Source: Octopus sinensis (Eukaryota). Taken from it: a DNA stretch of 64,000 nt. Position numbers and translations under genes: made by a program. Position 1 is the stretch's first letter. The number at the start of each line of letters is the position of its first letter. The notes under the pieces are model-generated. The model was not told where the DNA came from. It saw only the letters and a list, made by a program, of their open reading frames with translations, and made no database searches. Below are positions 25,746 to 38,420 of the stretch, in pieces. The DNA lies in the NCBI RefSeq assembly GCF_006345805.1, contig NC_043005.1, positions 73,842,001 to 73,906,000 of the forward strand, in the 5' to 3' direction.

Positions 25746-26011
25746 GTATGTATTTATGTCTGTATTTCTGTCTACGCACCTACTTAACTACTTTGTCTAT
25801 CCACCTATCTACGAATCTATCCTTCAGCACACCTAACAATCTATCGATGTAACTACCAACCTATCTACTCGTATCTATCTATCTATTTATCTATATATCT
25901 GTCTACCTTTTTCTTTCTTTTTTCACACCCTTTATCGGTATGTTAGTTTGTAATTTTATGCATCCAGATCTTTACGTTTAGATGAACAGACAGACAGACT
26001 GATAAATAAGC

Positions 26012-26290
26012 TTCTTTATTGGCCACACAGGGCTGCACACAGATGGGACAAGTTACAAGGTAGAGCTTTTCTTTTGGGGGATGAAAAAACAAAAAACAAA
26101 AGAAACAACAAAAAAAGGGGGTGGCGTAGGTTTTCGATCAAGAGGGATCGTAAAAGGGAAGAAAAGAACAAAAAAATAAATAAAATAAAAAATAAAAAAT
26201 AAAAAATAAAAATAAAAAAAAGAAAAGGAAAAGGAACAAAAGAAAAGAGAAATGAAAAAAGAAGAAAAGAGGGGAAAAAAGGGGAAGAGG
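26012..26290 (-). mobile_element. 3' end of a LINE-like element (L1/Tx1-type tail suspected)
   Basis: Pyrimidine-rich 3' UTR ...cgatccc..gatcgaaaacc...agccctgtgtggccaataaagaa. Related copies at 38920-39210 and 62125-62265. Confidence 0.55.
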
Positions 26291-26304
26291 AAAAATAGAT
26301 AGAT

Positions 26305-26378
<74 letters not shown>

Positions 26379-27651
26379 TGCTTTAAGCAGTGGGCAAATT
26401 TTGTTGTTATTTCTAGCGTATCGAAACGGTGTACAGACCTCTTTGGTGTCATTGCTGTTGTTTTTATGATGATTGTATCGTTATTTAACCCCGGAAAAAA
26501 AATTAGTGGACTTGTATTCATCCATATTGACGGACATAATTTTATTTCAAAATTTCAAGTTTCATTTTGTAGATATATGCGATGTGTGTCAGTGTGTATG
26601 TTGTCGAGCCCACCATTTTCTTTTTCTCTTTTTTTCTTTTCATATTAAATTCCGGTATAATCTTAATCTATATACTCTGAAAGGTATTTGCAGAAAATTT
26701 CATAAAAAAGAAATTACCCATTTTTCTGAAAGTCATGAGGAAACAAGGCTGATCCCAATCCTAACCCTCACCCTCGAAAAAGACCTTTCCATCAGATTCC
26801 TATATAATCAAAATCTACAACCATCTGATGTAAATTTGTAGTAAATTCCATTTTATAAAAATATCCATTTTTCTAGAGGTTATGAGGAAACAAAGTCGCG
26901 GAGAGCACACTTGTGTAGTAGATATGCCATGAAATCTTCTTCCAGTCACACTTCATAGTTTTAAGAAACGGAGAGAAACATTGAATTATAGAGTCCTAGG
27001 TACGTTATGCCCAGAAGAAAACATGTGATCGTAAACTGCTAGAACGTCTTCCATCATTTTTCTTCTTCAAACAACTATTGTAACGTTTTCTTATATTATT
27101 GGAATAATTCTTACCGACGCAAATTGACCTATGAAGTTTAGATAACTATCCTAACTTCTCGTATCAATATTTCTTCTTGACTAAACACAAGGTCCTTACT
27201 TTAAGGAAGAAATCAGAAGTACCAGCGTCCAGACATTTCTTAAATAAAACATAACGGCTGGCCTCAAAAGTTCAGATGTTTTTCTTTTCTTTCATCTTTT
27301 TCTTTTCTCACAAGTTATATTGTAGATGTGGTGCCATTTTCTTTTCTTTCTTTTTTTAATGAGCCCTAGGGATCATAAGGCCTGTTACTCGGTTTCCATA
27401 ACATATAAGTGACCACGATCACAACACTATCTCTGATTGGGACGCCGATCCATTGCAGGATTCGAGGCCAGAAATTTTTGAGGGGAGGGGACAAGTCGAT
27501 TACATCGAACTCAGTACCTGACTGGTACTTTATTTTGTCTACCTTGAAGGGATAAACAGCAAAGTCGATCTCGACTGAATTTGAACTGGATATGTAAAGG
27601 ACCGGAAGACATGTTGCTACCCAATTTTTCCGACGCGGTAAAGTTTCTTAG

Positions 27652-28359
27652 TTCTTTATTGCCCACAAGGGGCTAAACATAGAGGGGACAAACAAGGACA
27701 GACAAACGGATTAAGCCGACCATATCGACCCCAGTGCGTAACTGGTACTTAATTTATCGACCCCGAAAGGATGAAAGGCAAAGTCGACCTCGGCGGAATT
27801 TGAACTCAGAACGTAGAGGCAGACGAAATACCTATTTCTTTACTACCCACAAGGGGCTACACACAGAGAGGACAAACAAGGACAGACAAACGGATTAAGC
27901 CGATTATATCGACCCCAGTGCGTAACTGGTACTTAATTTATCGACCCCGAAAGGATGAAAGGCAAAGTCGACCTAGGCGGAATTTGAACTCAGAGCGTAG
28001 CGGCAGACGAAATACCTATTTCTTTACTACCCACAAGGGGCTAAACATAGAGGGGACAAACAAGGACAGACAAACGGATTAAGCCGACTATATCGACCCC
28101 AGTGCGTAACTGGTACTTAATTTATCGACCCCGAAAGGATGAAAGGCAAAGTCGACCTAGGCAGAATTTGAACTCAGAGCGTAGCGGCAGACGAAATACC
28201 TATTTCTTTACTACCCACAAGGGGCTACACACAGAGAGGACAAACAAGGACAGACAAGGCAAAGTACACCTCGGCGGAATTTGAACTCAGAACGTAACGG
28301 CAGACGAAATACCGCTAAGCATTTCGCCCGGCGTGCTAATGTTTCTGTCAGCTCACCGC
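27652..28359 (-). repeat. SINE family B-derived tandem array, 184-bp period
   Basis: cccacaagggg at 27662, 27846, 28030 and 28214; only the rightmost unit has the tRNA head. Confidence 0.92.
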
Positions 28360-29606
28360 ATTGACGTACGTTTAACGTTGGGTAGATGCGAAGTCTTGAT
28401 GTTCACACGCACCGCTATCTCCAGGAGTATTTTTGTGGCTTTATTGTGAATCGATTAGTTTCAAATGACGAGGAACTTTCATTTGTCTCTACATAACTTG
28501 GTTTAGCAGTTTACATTGCGAACCGATTTCTTTCACTGGCATTGATATGGCGCTAAAGAATTGTAAGCAAAGTGTTTAATGACTGGCTACACTCACATGT
28601 TTGGTTCTTAAATTATACACACTGGAAAGGAAAACTTATATGTGGTGGAATTTGAACTTCTTCGACAGACAACATTAAAATATTATCGTGTATTTTAGCC
28701 CAGCAGTCTATCATTTTTGTCACGTCGCCATTTTTTATTTTATCACAGAGCATATATATATAGTATAAACTACATCTCGTCACTTTATTATCCAACCCCA
28801 TTAAACAGTCTAAAACAGTTAGAATAAATCGTTACGAAATAAGCTTTGAAAGAAAGGAGGGAAGACTGAAAGAAAGAAATAAACAAATAAACAAAAACAA
28901 AGTATGAATGGAAGAAAGGCGGAAATATAGGAAATAAAGCATCGAAGAATACGAGAAAAAGAGGAGAAAAAAGGAATTACAAAAATAAATAAATAAATGA
29001 ATAAAAATTGGGTAGATAAGAGAAATGAGTTGAGGGCTGAGGGCTGTTTTTGAAATAAAGAACGTTGTCTCAGCATCAAAATAAATTTAGTGTAGCTGAC
29101 ATTACAGCTAATATCTGGTGTTGTTTAGTGTGGTTTGGTGTCGTCTGATATGATTTGTAAGCAATATTAGTGATGTAATTTTATAGCAAAGTGATATAAC
29201 GTAGAAAAACTGCATCACTTCTGTTGGTCATATAACATCGCTTAATCACTGTAAACAGTTGTAAGAAGACAGGTTACACCATTTCGTCTAAACATATTTT
29301 TTTACCATGTTATGTTATTTTATCAGCAACTTTCTGTGTATTTGTCTCTTTTCTTTGAATTCCACTAGATATATTTTTCTTTTTTGTTTGTTGCTTTTCT
29401 TTTCATTTCATTTTTCGTTTTCTTTTCGCTCATTTATACGCCCCCCGCATGTACACAAAAAAATACACGCAATTTCATTCGCATAAACAAATATAAATAT
29501 ATTCATTCATACATACAAACATTCTCTCACACATGAGCTTATAAATAGCATACATACATATGTAAGAATGCATATACATAAATGGACATACACACACACA
29601 TATATA

Positions 29607-29654
<48 letters not shown>

Positions 29655-29684
29655 TATATAATATATATATATATATTATATATA

Positions 29685-29719
<35 letters not shown>

Positions 29720-29989
29720 GAGTGCGAACACGATATCTTTAAGATATCTTTAAACCTGTTTTACATTGATTTTATTCCTATGGTCTATATGCATGACTAT
29801 ACGCATGACACATATGAAGTGAAAACACTGGCAAGTCATGCAATATGAAGGAAAACATAAACTAGACCTCTAGATGAAATGCAATTATGTTTAAAAGGTG
29901 TACATTTATAAGCAATGAAAGATTACTGCCTAAATGCAGACAATGAATCTCTATTTGTATCTATGTGTGTGTGTGTATGTGTACGACCC

Positions 29990-30205
29990 CACTGTCCGGC
30001 AGTCACCATGATAGATCGGTAGCCACTACACATATTTTTTTCTCTCCTTGTTTCTCTCCTTATTTTTTTCTGTGTCTCTTTCTGTAGAAGAGCGTAGGCT
30101 CGAAACGTAAAAGGCTTTTTCTATTCCTGAGCGTTATACTAATACATCTGTTTGTTTTGTACACCACCTGTCTTCGTCTTTTGTTTTTTTTCGTAAACTC
30201 TCCAT
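29990..30205 (+). mobile_element. Penelope-type terminal-repeat relic with hammerhead-like motif
   Basis: Homologous to 39215-39385. Contains CTTT-CTGTAGA-A-GAGC..GCTC-GAAACGTA-AAAG. Confidence 0.55.
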
Positions 30206-30224
30206 ATATATATATATATCTTTT

Positions 30225-30741
<517 letters not shown>

Positions 30742-30920
30742 GAAATAGAAAGATGAATAATCTTGTTGCAGATTAATCAAAAGTTTAACCGATACCTTGG
30801 TAGCAAAAATCACAGCAGAAGACAGCACGGTTGGAGGTACAACCTATGGTGTTGCAACCGTGCGTTGGTGCGGATAATTGAATTTTAATATTTCTTCAAT
30901 TCACTATAAATTATATATAT

Positions 30921-30972
<52 letters not shown>

Positions 30973-31053
30973 CGAGAAAAACATGTTTTAAATTTCTGAG
31001 CGAGATAAATACAGTAACACTCCTGAATAGTAATTTTATATGCCAACATAACC

Positions 31054-31277
31054 TGGCAGTCTTATAAAGGACGATGTTAATGTTGTTTTGGCCCCATCTT
31101 TTCCAGCTGTCTATCGACACACAGTTTGTGTCCGTATATAGCATTTGCAAGGGAGGTCATCACTCCCATCTTTAGTAAATTGTATATACAAACACAAACT
31201 GTGTGTCAATATCCAGCTGGAAAAGATGTTTTCCTGGGGCTAAAGCAACAGTAACATCGTCCTTTATAGGACTGCCA
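31054..31277. repeat. Fold-back / MITE-like hairpin, ~87-bp arms
   Basis: tggcagtc.tataaaggacgatgtta...gacacacagtttgtgt..gtatata and its reverse complement, with one 8-nt indel. Confidence 0.8.
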
Positions 31278-31568
31278 CGATATGTGAGGATATAATAATT
31301 ACTATATAGGCGCAGGAGTGGCTGTGTGGTAAGTGTCAGCCTGATTCAAAATGGTATGATAACTACGGGCTCTAGTTGAAAAACTGTGACACACTGACAT
31401 TCGCATTTATCATATTATTTATATTTTATTATATCATATATAATATATATATATATATATTATATATATATATATATGTATAAGGGTGAAAAGGAACACC
31501 GAGTTGATATATATGAAAAACAAGTAAACAATAGAAAATGCTAAAATAATTTTATAGTGAAAACATTT

Positions 31569-31606
31569 CAGTACCGGTTTCGGTCATTTTGAGACCTTTT
31601 CAACTG
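31569..31606 (-). ncRNA. Minimal type I hammerhead ribozyme (U3-A8 core), left Penelope arm
   Basis: CAG-UUGAAAA-GGUC-ucaaaau-GACC-GAA-ACCGGU-A-CUG: stems I and II pair, stem III is palindromic, cleavage triplet GUA. Confidence 0.7.
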
Positions 31607-34024
31607 TAACGATTAAATATAAAATTTAGAAAAATTAGAAGAAAAGTTTTTTAAAAGAATATTTCTATAGTAGTGTCCAGATTTAAGTGGCATTCTGCCT
31701 TTCTCTGACTCCCTTGTTTGCACTTGTGTGTTCGAGGTATTTGTGAGTTCTTGGTAGGGTAGTAAGGGAAGGCTGGTGAGGAAAGGGGGGTGGGAGAATC
31801 TGGGAGTGCCTGAAGGTCGTATTTTGAATGTCAGTGGCGGCTGGCAGTCTCAGTTCATTCAGGAGAATATTTATATTGACAGGCTTGTTTATAGAATTAG
31901 CGTAGGTGTTATACTAAAAAACATTAGTGACAAACTTAAGGGGTGGAGAAGAAGAAGAGAAGAAGAAGAAGAAAAGAAGGAGAAGGAGAAGGAGAGATGA
32001 CGATGATGGTGATGGTGGTGATGATTATGACGACGATGATGATGATAACGATGATGATGAAGAAGAAGAAGAAGAGAAGGAGGAGAAGGAGAAGATGGTT
32101 GGTGATGATGGTGGCGATGATGATGATGCCGATGATGATGATAACGATGATGATGAAGAAGAAGAGGAAGAAGAAGAAGAAGAAAAAACAGAAAAGGGAG
32201 AATATGATGGGTGTAATATAGCTATGAAGGGCTGATTAGTAATGGATTCTATGGAGTGTAGTATTTGTGTGTGTATATATATTTTTTTTTTTCTTTTATT
32301 CTAAAGTTGAGGTATATTATTGTTTGTCGATGGAATATAGCCAACAACAACTCCCCTTCCTCGATATCCTCATTAGAAAGCTAATAATATAATAGAAACA
32401 GACATATACTATAAGCCTACAGACTCTAAGCAATATCTTCCATTCAATTCATGCACCCCAGACACACCAGATGAATATCCCCTTCAATCTAGCAAAAAGG
32501 ATATGCACTATAGTCTCTAAACGCAAACACCAGAGACACACTACTACAAGACTAAAAGATACCCTAATCACCAGGAACTATCCACCTTCACTTATTGACA
32601 AATGCATTCAACGTGCCCTTCAACTTAACATCAAGGAACTGAGACATCCCAAATCAAGAAAAACTTACAACCAAAGCCTTACCATACATCTCCACAACAC
32701 AACCCTCCAATAACGAAGCCTTCGACACCATCCTCCACACATACCCCTCCTAAAAAAGACCACAGAATGAACACAATCCTCCAAACACACACGATCATAA
32801 AAAGCAAAGACAGCCTAGATCCATGAAATCTCCTTACACAAGCCCGAATTCACTCTTCAACACAGAACCGACAGTAAAAAAATGTGGAAGACCCAATTGC
32901 GGGATATGCGACTATCTAATCGAGGGTTCTGAGTTCTCCTTCAACAGGGACAACGTTTTACCGTGAAAAGCAACTTCACATGTGCTTCGGAGAACCTAAT
33001 ATACTCACTAACCTGCTCCGGTGTCAAGAGCAGTACATAGGCCAAACAAAAAATGGTTGCGTAAACGAATGGCCCTGCACAGATCCCAGATAAAAATTCC
33101 CCAAAACAGAAAAATAGCTTTTAGCCAACACATAGATACTTGCGCCAACAAAAAAACACCACTTCAGAATTTTCCCCCTCTACTACCAATTTAGGGACGA
33201 TACAACCTCGAGACAACGAATAAGTAAAGAAAATCTCTTTATTACAAAATACAAGCCACTTCTTAACGGGTATACGACAAACAATTAATATACCTCAACT
33301 TTAGAATAAAAGAAAGAAAAAAAAAAAAAAAATATATATACACACACAAATACTACACTCCATAGAATCCATTACTAATCAGCCCCTTCATAGCTATATT
33401 TACACCCATTCATATTCTCCCTTCTCTGTTTTTTTCTTCTTCTTCTTCTTCCTCTTCTCTTCATCATCATCGTTATCATCATCATCATCGGCATCATCAT
33501 CATCGCCACCATCATCACCACCATCTTCTCCTTCTCCTCCTTCTTCTTCTTCTTCTTCATCATCATCGTTATCATCATCATCGTCGTCATAATCATCACC
33601 ACCATCACACATCGTCATCTTCTCCTTCTCCTTCTCCTTCTTCTTCTTCTTCTTCTCTTTCTTCTTCTTCTTCTTCTTCTCTCTCCACCCCTTAAGTTTG
33701 TCACTAATGTTTTTTAGTATAACACCTACGCTAATTCTATAAACAAGCCTGTCATATAAATATTCTCCTGAATTGAACTGAGACTGCCAGCCGCCACTGA
33801 TCATTCAAAATACGACCATCAGGGCACTCCCAGATTCTCCCACCCCCTTTCCTCACCAGCCTTCCCTCTACTACCCTACAAGAACTCCAACTACCTCGAA
33901 CACACACAAGTGCAAACAAGGGAGTCAGAGAAGGCAGAATGCACTTAAATCTGGACACTACTATAGAAATATTCTTTTAAAAAAACTTCTTCTAATTTTT
34001 CTAAATTTAATTATTTCATCGTTA

Positions 34025-34062
34025 CAGTTGAAAAGGTCTCAAACTGACCGAAACCGGTACTA
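34025..34062 (+). ncRNA. Minimal type I hammerhead ribozyme (U3-A8 core), right Penelope arm
   Basis: CAG-UUGAAAA-GGUC-ucaaacu-GACC-GAA-ACCGGU-A-CUA; one mismatch in stem I. Confidence 0.6.
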
Positions 34063-34110
34063 GATGTCACTATAATTTATTTAGCATTTTCTATTTTTTT
34101 TACTTGTTTT

Positions 34111-34177
<67 letters not shown>

Positions 34178-34986
34178 GTATGCATGTATGTATGTATGCA
34201 TCCACAAACACACACACACATCATATGCTTGTCGTATAAAAATTTACAAATTACAAATATATCTACAAATGTATATGACATGGACATGCTCATTTTTCTT
34301 TCGCTTTTCTTTCTTTTCAGTTTGGTTCGTTGAAAGGTGCTGCGCCAAGATTCATCTCAGACAGTCCGAAATCTGATCACATGCTTACACAAACAAGTAA
34401 ACGCGTACATACAGTTCTCGATACTTACACAAATATATGCAAATATATATATCAAACGCATACTTAACCGCAAAACATTTCAATTATCAGTTAGGATTAA
34501 TTCTCTTGAAAGCCAAGGTTTCGTAACCGATCACCCGTACCGCGCTTCATATACACAGAGTCAAGTAAATTTGCATAAAACCACCTTTCTATAATATGTA
34601 AACATAAAGCTTCGAGCATGTAACCTGCTTCACATGTTGCCAGTGATATTCATTGAATGTCATATCAATTAACAATAAGAAGCTAAAAAAAATTACACGA
34701 GGAAAATGTTACAATGTTAGTCATATGGATCGTTTAACGAATTATGAGCCAGACACGTCGCTTTTCAGGTTTAGATGGTATGTGTTTGTGAACAATAGCG
34801 CCGTTAGATATAGGGATCCAATAGGTCAGTCCGGTTCATTGCACAGTGTTTTCCTTGCAAGTCAAGCGACCACGTAACTGTTCCAGCTGCGATGTGTGAT
34901 TGTGTATGAGTAAGTGTATAAATATATACACATGAACATATGCATGTATGTATATATATATATATATATATACATATGCATGTATG

Positions 34987-35018
<32 letters not shown>

Positions 35019-35102
35019 TACATATATACATATATACACGCATGCACATGCAGTTATATCTTGCAAAGTTGAAGCTTAAATAAATCCCATGCATACATAT
35101 GT

Positions 35103-35156
<54 letters not shown>

Positions 35157-36384
35157 TATATATATATGTGTGTGTGTTTGTGTGTGTAGATCTAGACATA
35201 TACACATATAATCCAAAAGAAGGCAAAGAGAGAGTCCAGCGCCATTTCACGCAAAAGTTACATGTGAATGTGCGTTATATGAATGTGTGTGTATGTCTGT
35301 ATATGTGTATATTTATATGTGTATAAATATATATGTATGTCTGTCTGTATGGATGGATGGATGGATGAATGGATCTTGGGATTGAATTAAACTTTTCTCT
35401 CACAGAATTTAAACCAGTTACAAACAACATGGCAAAGCTATTTTAACTCAAGGCAGCTCTTGGGATTTGTGGATAACTGGGTTGGATCGTGTGTATATAT
35501 TTCTGTGTGCATGTCACTTTAGTAAATAAGTATGTATGTTTGTGTGTGTGTGTCTGTGTTTGTGTCTGTATCTGTGTGTGTGTGTTCCACACGTATATAT
35601 GTTAGTACGCGTATGTTTAGCATGGAGGCGCGGAGATTTAGTGGATAGGATGTTGAACTCATGATCACAAAACTGCGGTTTCGATCCCTGGACCGGGTGA
35701 TGCATTTTGTTCTTGAGCAAAACTCTTCATTTGACGTCCTCCCCCCTCCGGTCACTCAACTCGCAAAAATTAGTATTCTTGCAACGGACTGACGTCCTAT
35801 CCAGTGGGGAGTATATACACCAAAGGGTCCAGGAAACCGGTCCTATGAATCTATATAACTGGTGACGGAGCTTTATCTTTATGTGTTCGCCTAGATACCT
35901 CAAATGGAGAATCCCTGGAATGTTTGACAAAAATTTCACTGCACCACTAATCAATCATAGTTGAAGAATATTCATCAGTTTGTACTATTCTGTTTTGGAA
36001 GAACCCAGCATTTCTAAATTATACTGTTATGTAGCCCAGTGTGCTTACGTTAATAGGCACAAATAAAAATATATAGTCAGGTTAAATAAAAAATATTTAA
36101 CCTGACTATAAGGGCTGTAAGCTGCTCATTAGCTCTACACAGATGGTCATCTTTTCCTCAGCTTTGATACGACGCGCAGTTACGCGAAAATGAGAAGGAT
36201 CTGGTTTTTCACACCTACCCCAAAATTTCATTTTAAAAATAAACAATCACATCATCGAAACCTTACAACTACGAGATAATGCATGATTAATTCAAAACAA
36301 TGCGAATAAATAAGCATTACAGTTGACAGAGAAATTGTAACGCTAAAGGGTTAAGTATAACTTTTTTTATTCTCATTTGTCACA

Positions 36385-36770
36385 TAGAACACTGCGAATG
36401 GGGATCCAAGAGAAGAACCCATAGCCACGCGATTCCACCATGAGCAAGCACTCATCCAACGAAAACGAGACGTACTTGTGTGCCCATGAATTTGCAGCTT
36501 CCATGGTTAAATTGAACTTTGTGTATTACATTGTCGGAAGTACGTTCTGCGGTTTTGCTAGTTTGCGATTTCGTATTCATAAAAGCTTTCATTCAGATAC
36601 TTTTGAAAAGACAATAGAAGTTGTTTTAAAGTTGTTTCCGGGCACATTCGGTGGTTTTATTAAAGGATGTGTACATACCTTATCCAACATCATGCCAATA
36701 TGTTGTACTGCTGGAACTTTGGCTAAAAGACTTTCGGCATTTTTATATTTACTATAACGCCCAGTGAAAT
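36385..36770 (-). pseudogene. Penelope-like reverse-transcriptase fragment
   Basis: NAESLLAKVP..IGMMLDKVCTHPLIKPPNVP and NRVAMGSSLGSPFAVFYV match PLE RT motifs (SLFTNVP; GVAMGSPLGP). Confidence 0.7.
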
Positions 36771-38034
36771 TAGCTTAAAGCATTTAGTTCAGCTTATCTC
36801 CGAACAAATAAGCTCTACTCACACACTGTTAGTACATAAACAGTCATTGCTGTATGTATATGTATGTGTGTATACATTACGCTATTTTGGGATTTAATAC
36901 ACTGAGATTGCTATGTACGTAATTAGAGTGGAGTGTGTTTAATTTAGATAGCAACTTCCAGTCGACATCATCACCATCATCATTGTTTTCATCGTCGTTA
37001 TCGTTGTTGTTGTTGTTTTCGTCATCATCATTATCATCATTACCACATAATGCGGCAAGCTGGCAGAATCGTCAACACACCGGGCGAAATGCTTAGCGGC
37101 ATTTCATCCGTCCTTACGTTCTGAGTTCGAATTCCGCCGAGGTCGACTTTGCCTTTCATCCTTTCGAAGTCGATGAAATAAGTACCAGTGGATCACTAGG
37201 GTCGATGTTATCGTATAGTCCCCTCCCCAACAATTTCATGACTTGTGCCTATAGTAGAAAGGATTATCATCATTACCACACCACCACCACCAACAGCACT
37301 TCATCACCGTCTTCGTCGTCGTCGTCGTCGTCGTCATCACCACCACCACCACCACTACAACTACCACCACTGCCATCATCATTGGCCTAGTTTCGAGTCA
37401 TCGGGCATAAACCCTTTTTTTCCGTTTCAACATGGATGCACACCCTCGTTCAGAAAGGCTTGAATGCCATACATTCTCATCATCAATGTTTAGCAGACAA
37501 GAAATATATGCTCCAAAACCTTCCATCTTCCGCTTTCAGGCAAAAACCACATATTGGATTTGTGGTAGATACGTAATATATCTCGAATCAGTGGATCTGC
37601 TTCCTCCAGTGTCATATCCCAATTATAATCATAATCGTCGCAAAAAAAAAAATTATGTGAAAAAATCGCCGAAAACAATTGCAGTAATGAAAACATAGGG
37701 ATCCAAAATTTCAGGGCTGCAGATCCAGATTCGGCCGGAATGTTTTTAATTTACTCACAGATTTGGCGCTTATATTATAAAAACTGTTATCGTACAAAAA
37801 ATTTACCTCAAAAAGTCACGTAAAAAAATTGCCGCAAACAGTCACAGTAATGAAAAGTTAGAAATTCAAAATTTCAGGATTGTGGGTTCAGATTCGGCCC
37901 GGAATGTTTTTAATTTATCTACAGTGTCAGCCTGATTCAAAATGGTATGATAACTACGGCCTCTAGTTGAAAAACTGTAACACACTGACATTCGCATTTA
38001 TCATATTATATTATATTTTATTATATCATATTAA

Positions 38035-38420
38035 GGCGGCGAGCTGGCAGAATCGTTAGCACGCCGGGCAAAATGCTTAGCGGTATTTCGTCTGCCGCTA
38101 CGTTCTGAATTCAAATTCCGCCAAGGTCGACTTTGCCTTTCATCCTTTCGGGGGTCAATTAAATAAGTACAAGTTACACACTGGGGTCGATATAATCGAC
38201 TTAATTCGTTTGTTTGTCCTCTCTGTGTTTAGCTCCTTGTGGGTAAGTAAAGAAATAGGTATTTCGTCTGTCGTAAAGTTTTGAGCTCGAATTCCGCCGA
38301 GATCAACTTTGCCTTCCATCCTTTCGGGGTTGATAAAATTAGTACCAGTTATGTACTGGGGTCGATGTAATCGACTTAATCCCTTCCCCTATAATCTGAG
38401 GCCTTGTACTTCCAGTAGGA
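38035..38420 (+). mobile_element. SINE family B with appended partial second unit
   Basis: ggcggcgagctggcagaa head; gtaaagaaatag|gtatttcg junction. Other family B copies at 37050-37260, 45920-46150, 49644-49870(-), 53593-53825 and 60090-60235(-). Confidence 0.85.

Larger units (their letters stand above)
31508..34113 (+). mobile_element. 5'-truncated Penelope-like element: RT thumb plus GIY-YIG core (32330-33274) between inverted pseudo-LTR arms
   Basis: Core reads LPFLDILI..ETDIYYKPTDSKQYLPFNSC..NIPFNLAKRI..NLIYSLTC...QYIGQT with frameshifts. 31508-32329 is the reverse complement of 33275-34113. Confidence 0.92.

Noticed and set aside
27652-28359. CRISPR-like array
   Set aside because: Units are contiguous 184-bp SINE bodies with no unique spacers, in a eukaryotic context with no cas genes.
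30770-30880. Plus-strand exon or second pre-miRNA (gcacggttg/caaccgtgc)
   Set aside because: Only 9 contiguous bp, with an irregular remainder; the peptide LIKSLTDTLVAKITAED... has no recognised homology or partner exon.
31776-33804. Poly-acidic, poly-Met and poly-Lys ORFs
   Set aside because: Translations of (GAA)n/(GAT)n tracts within the Penelope inverted arms.
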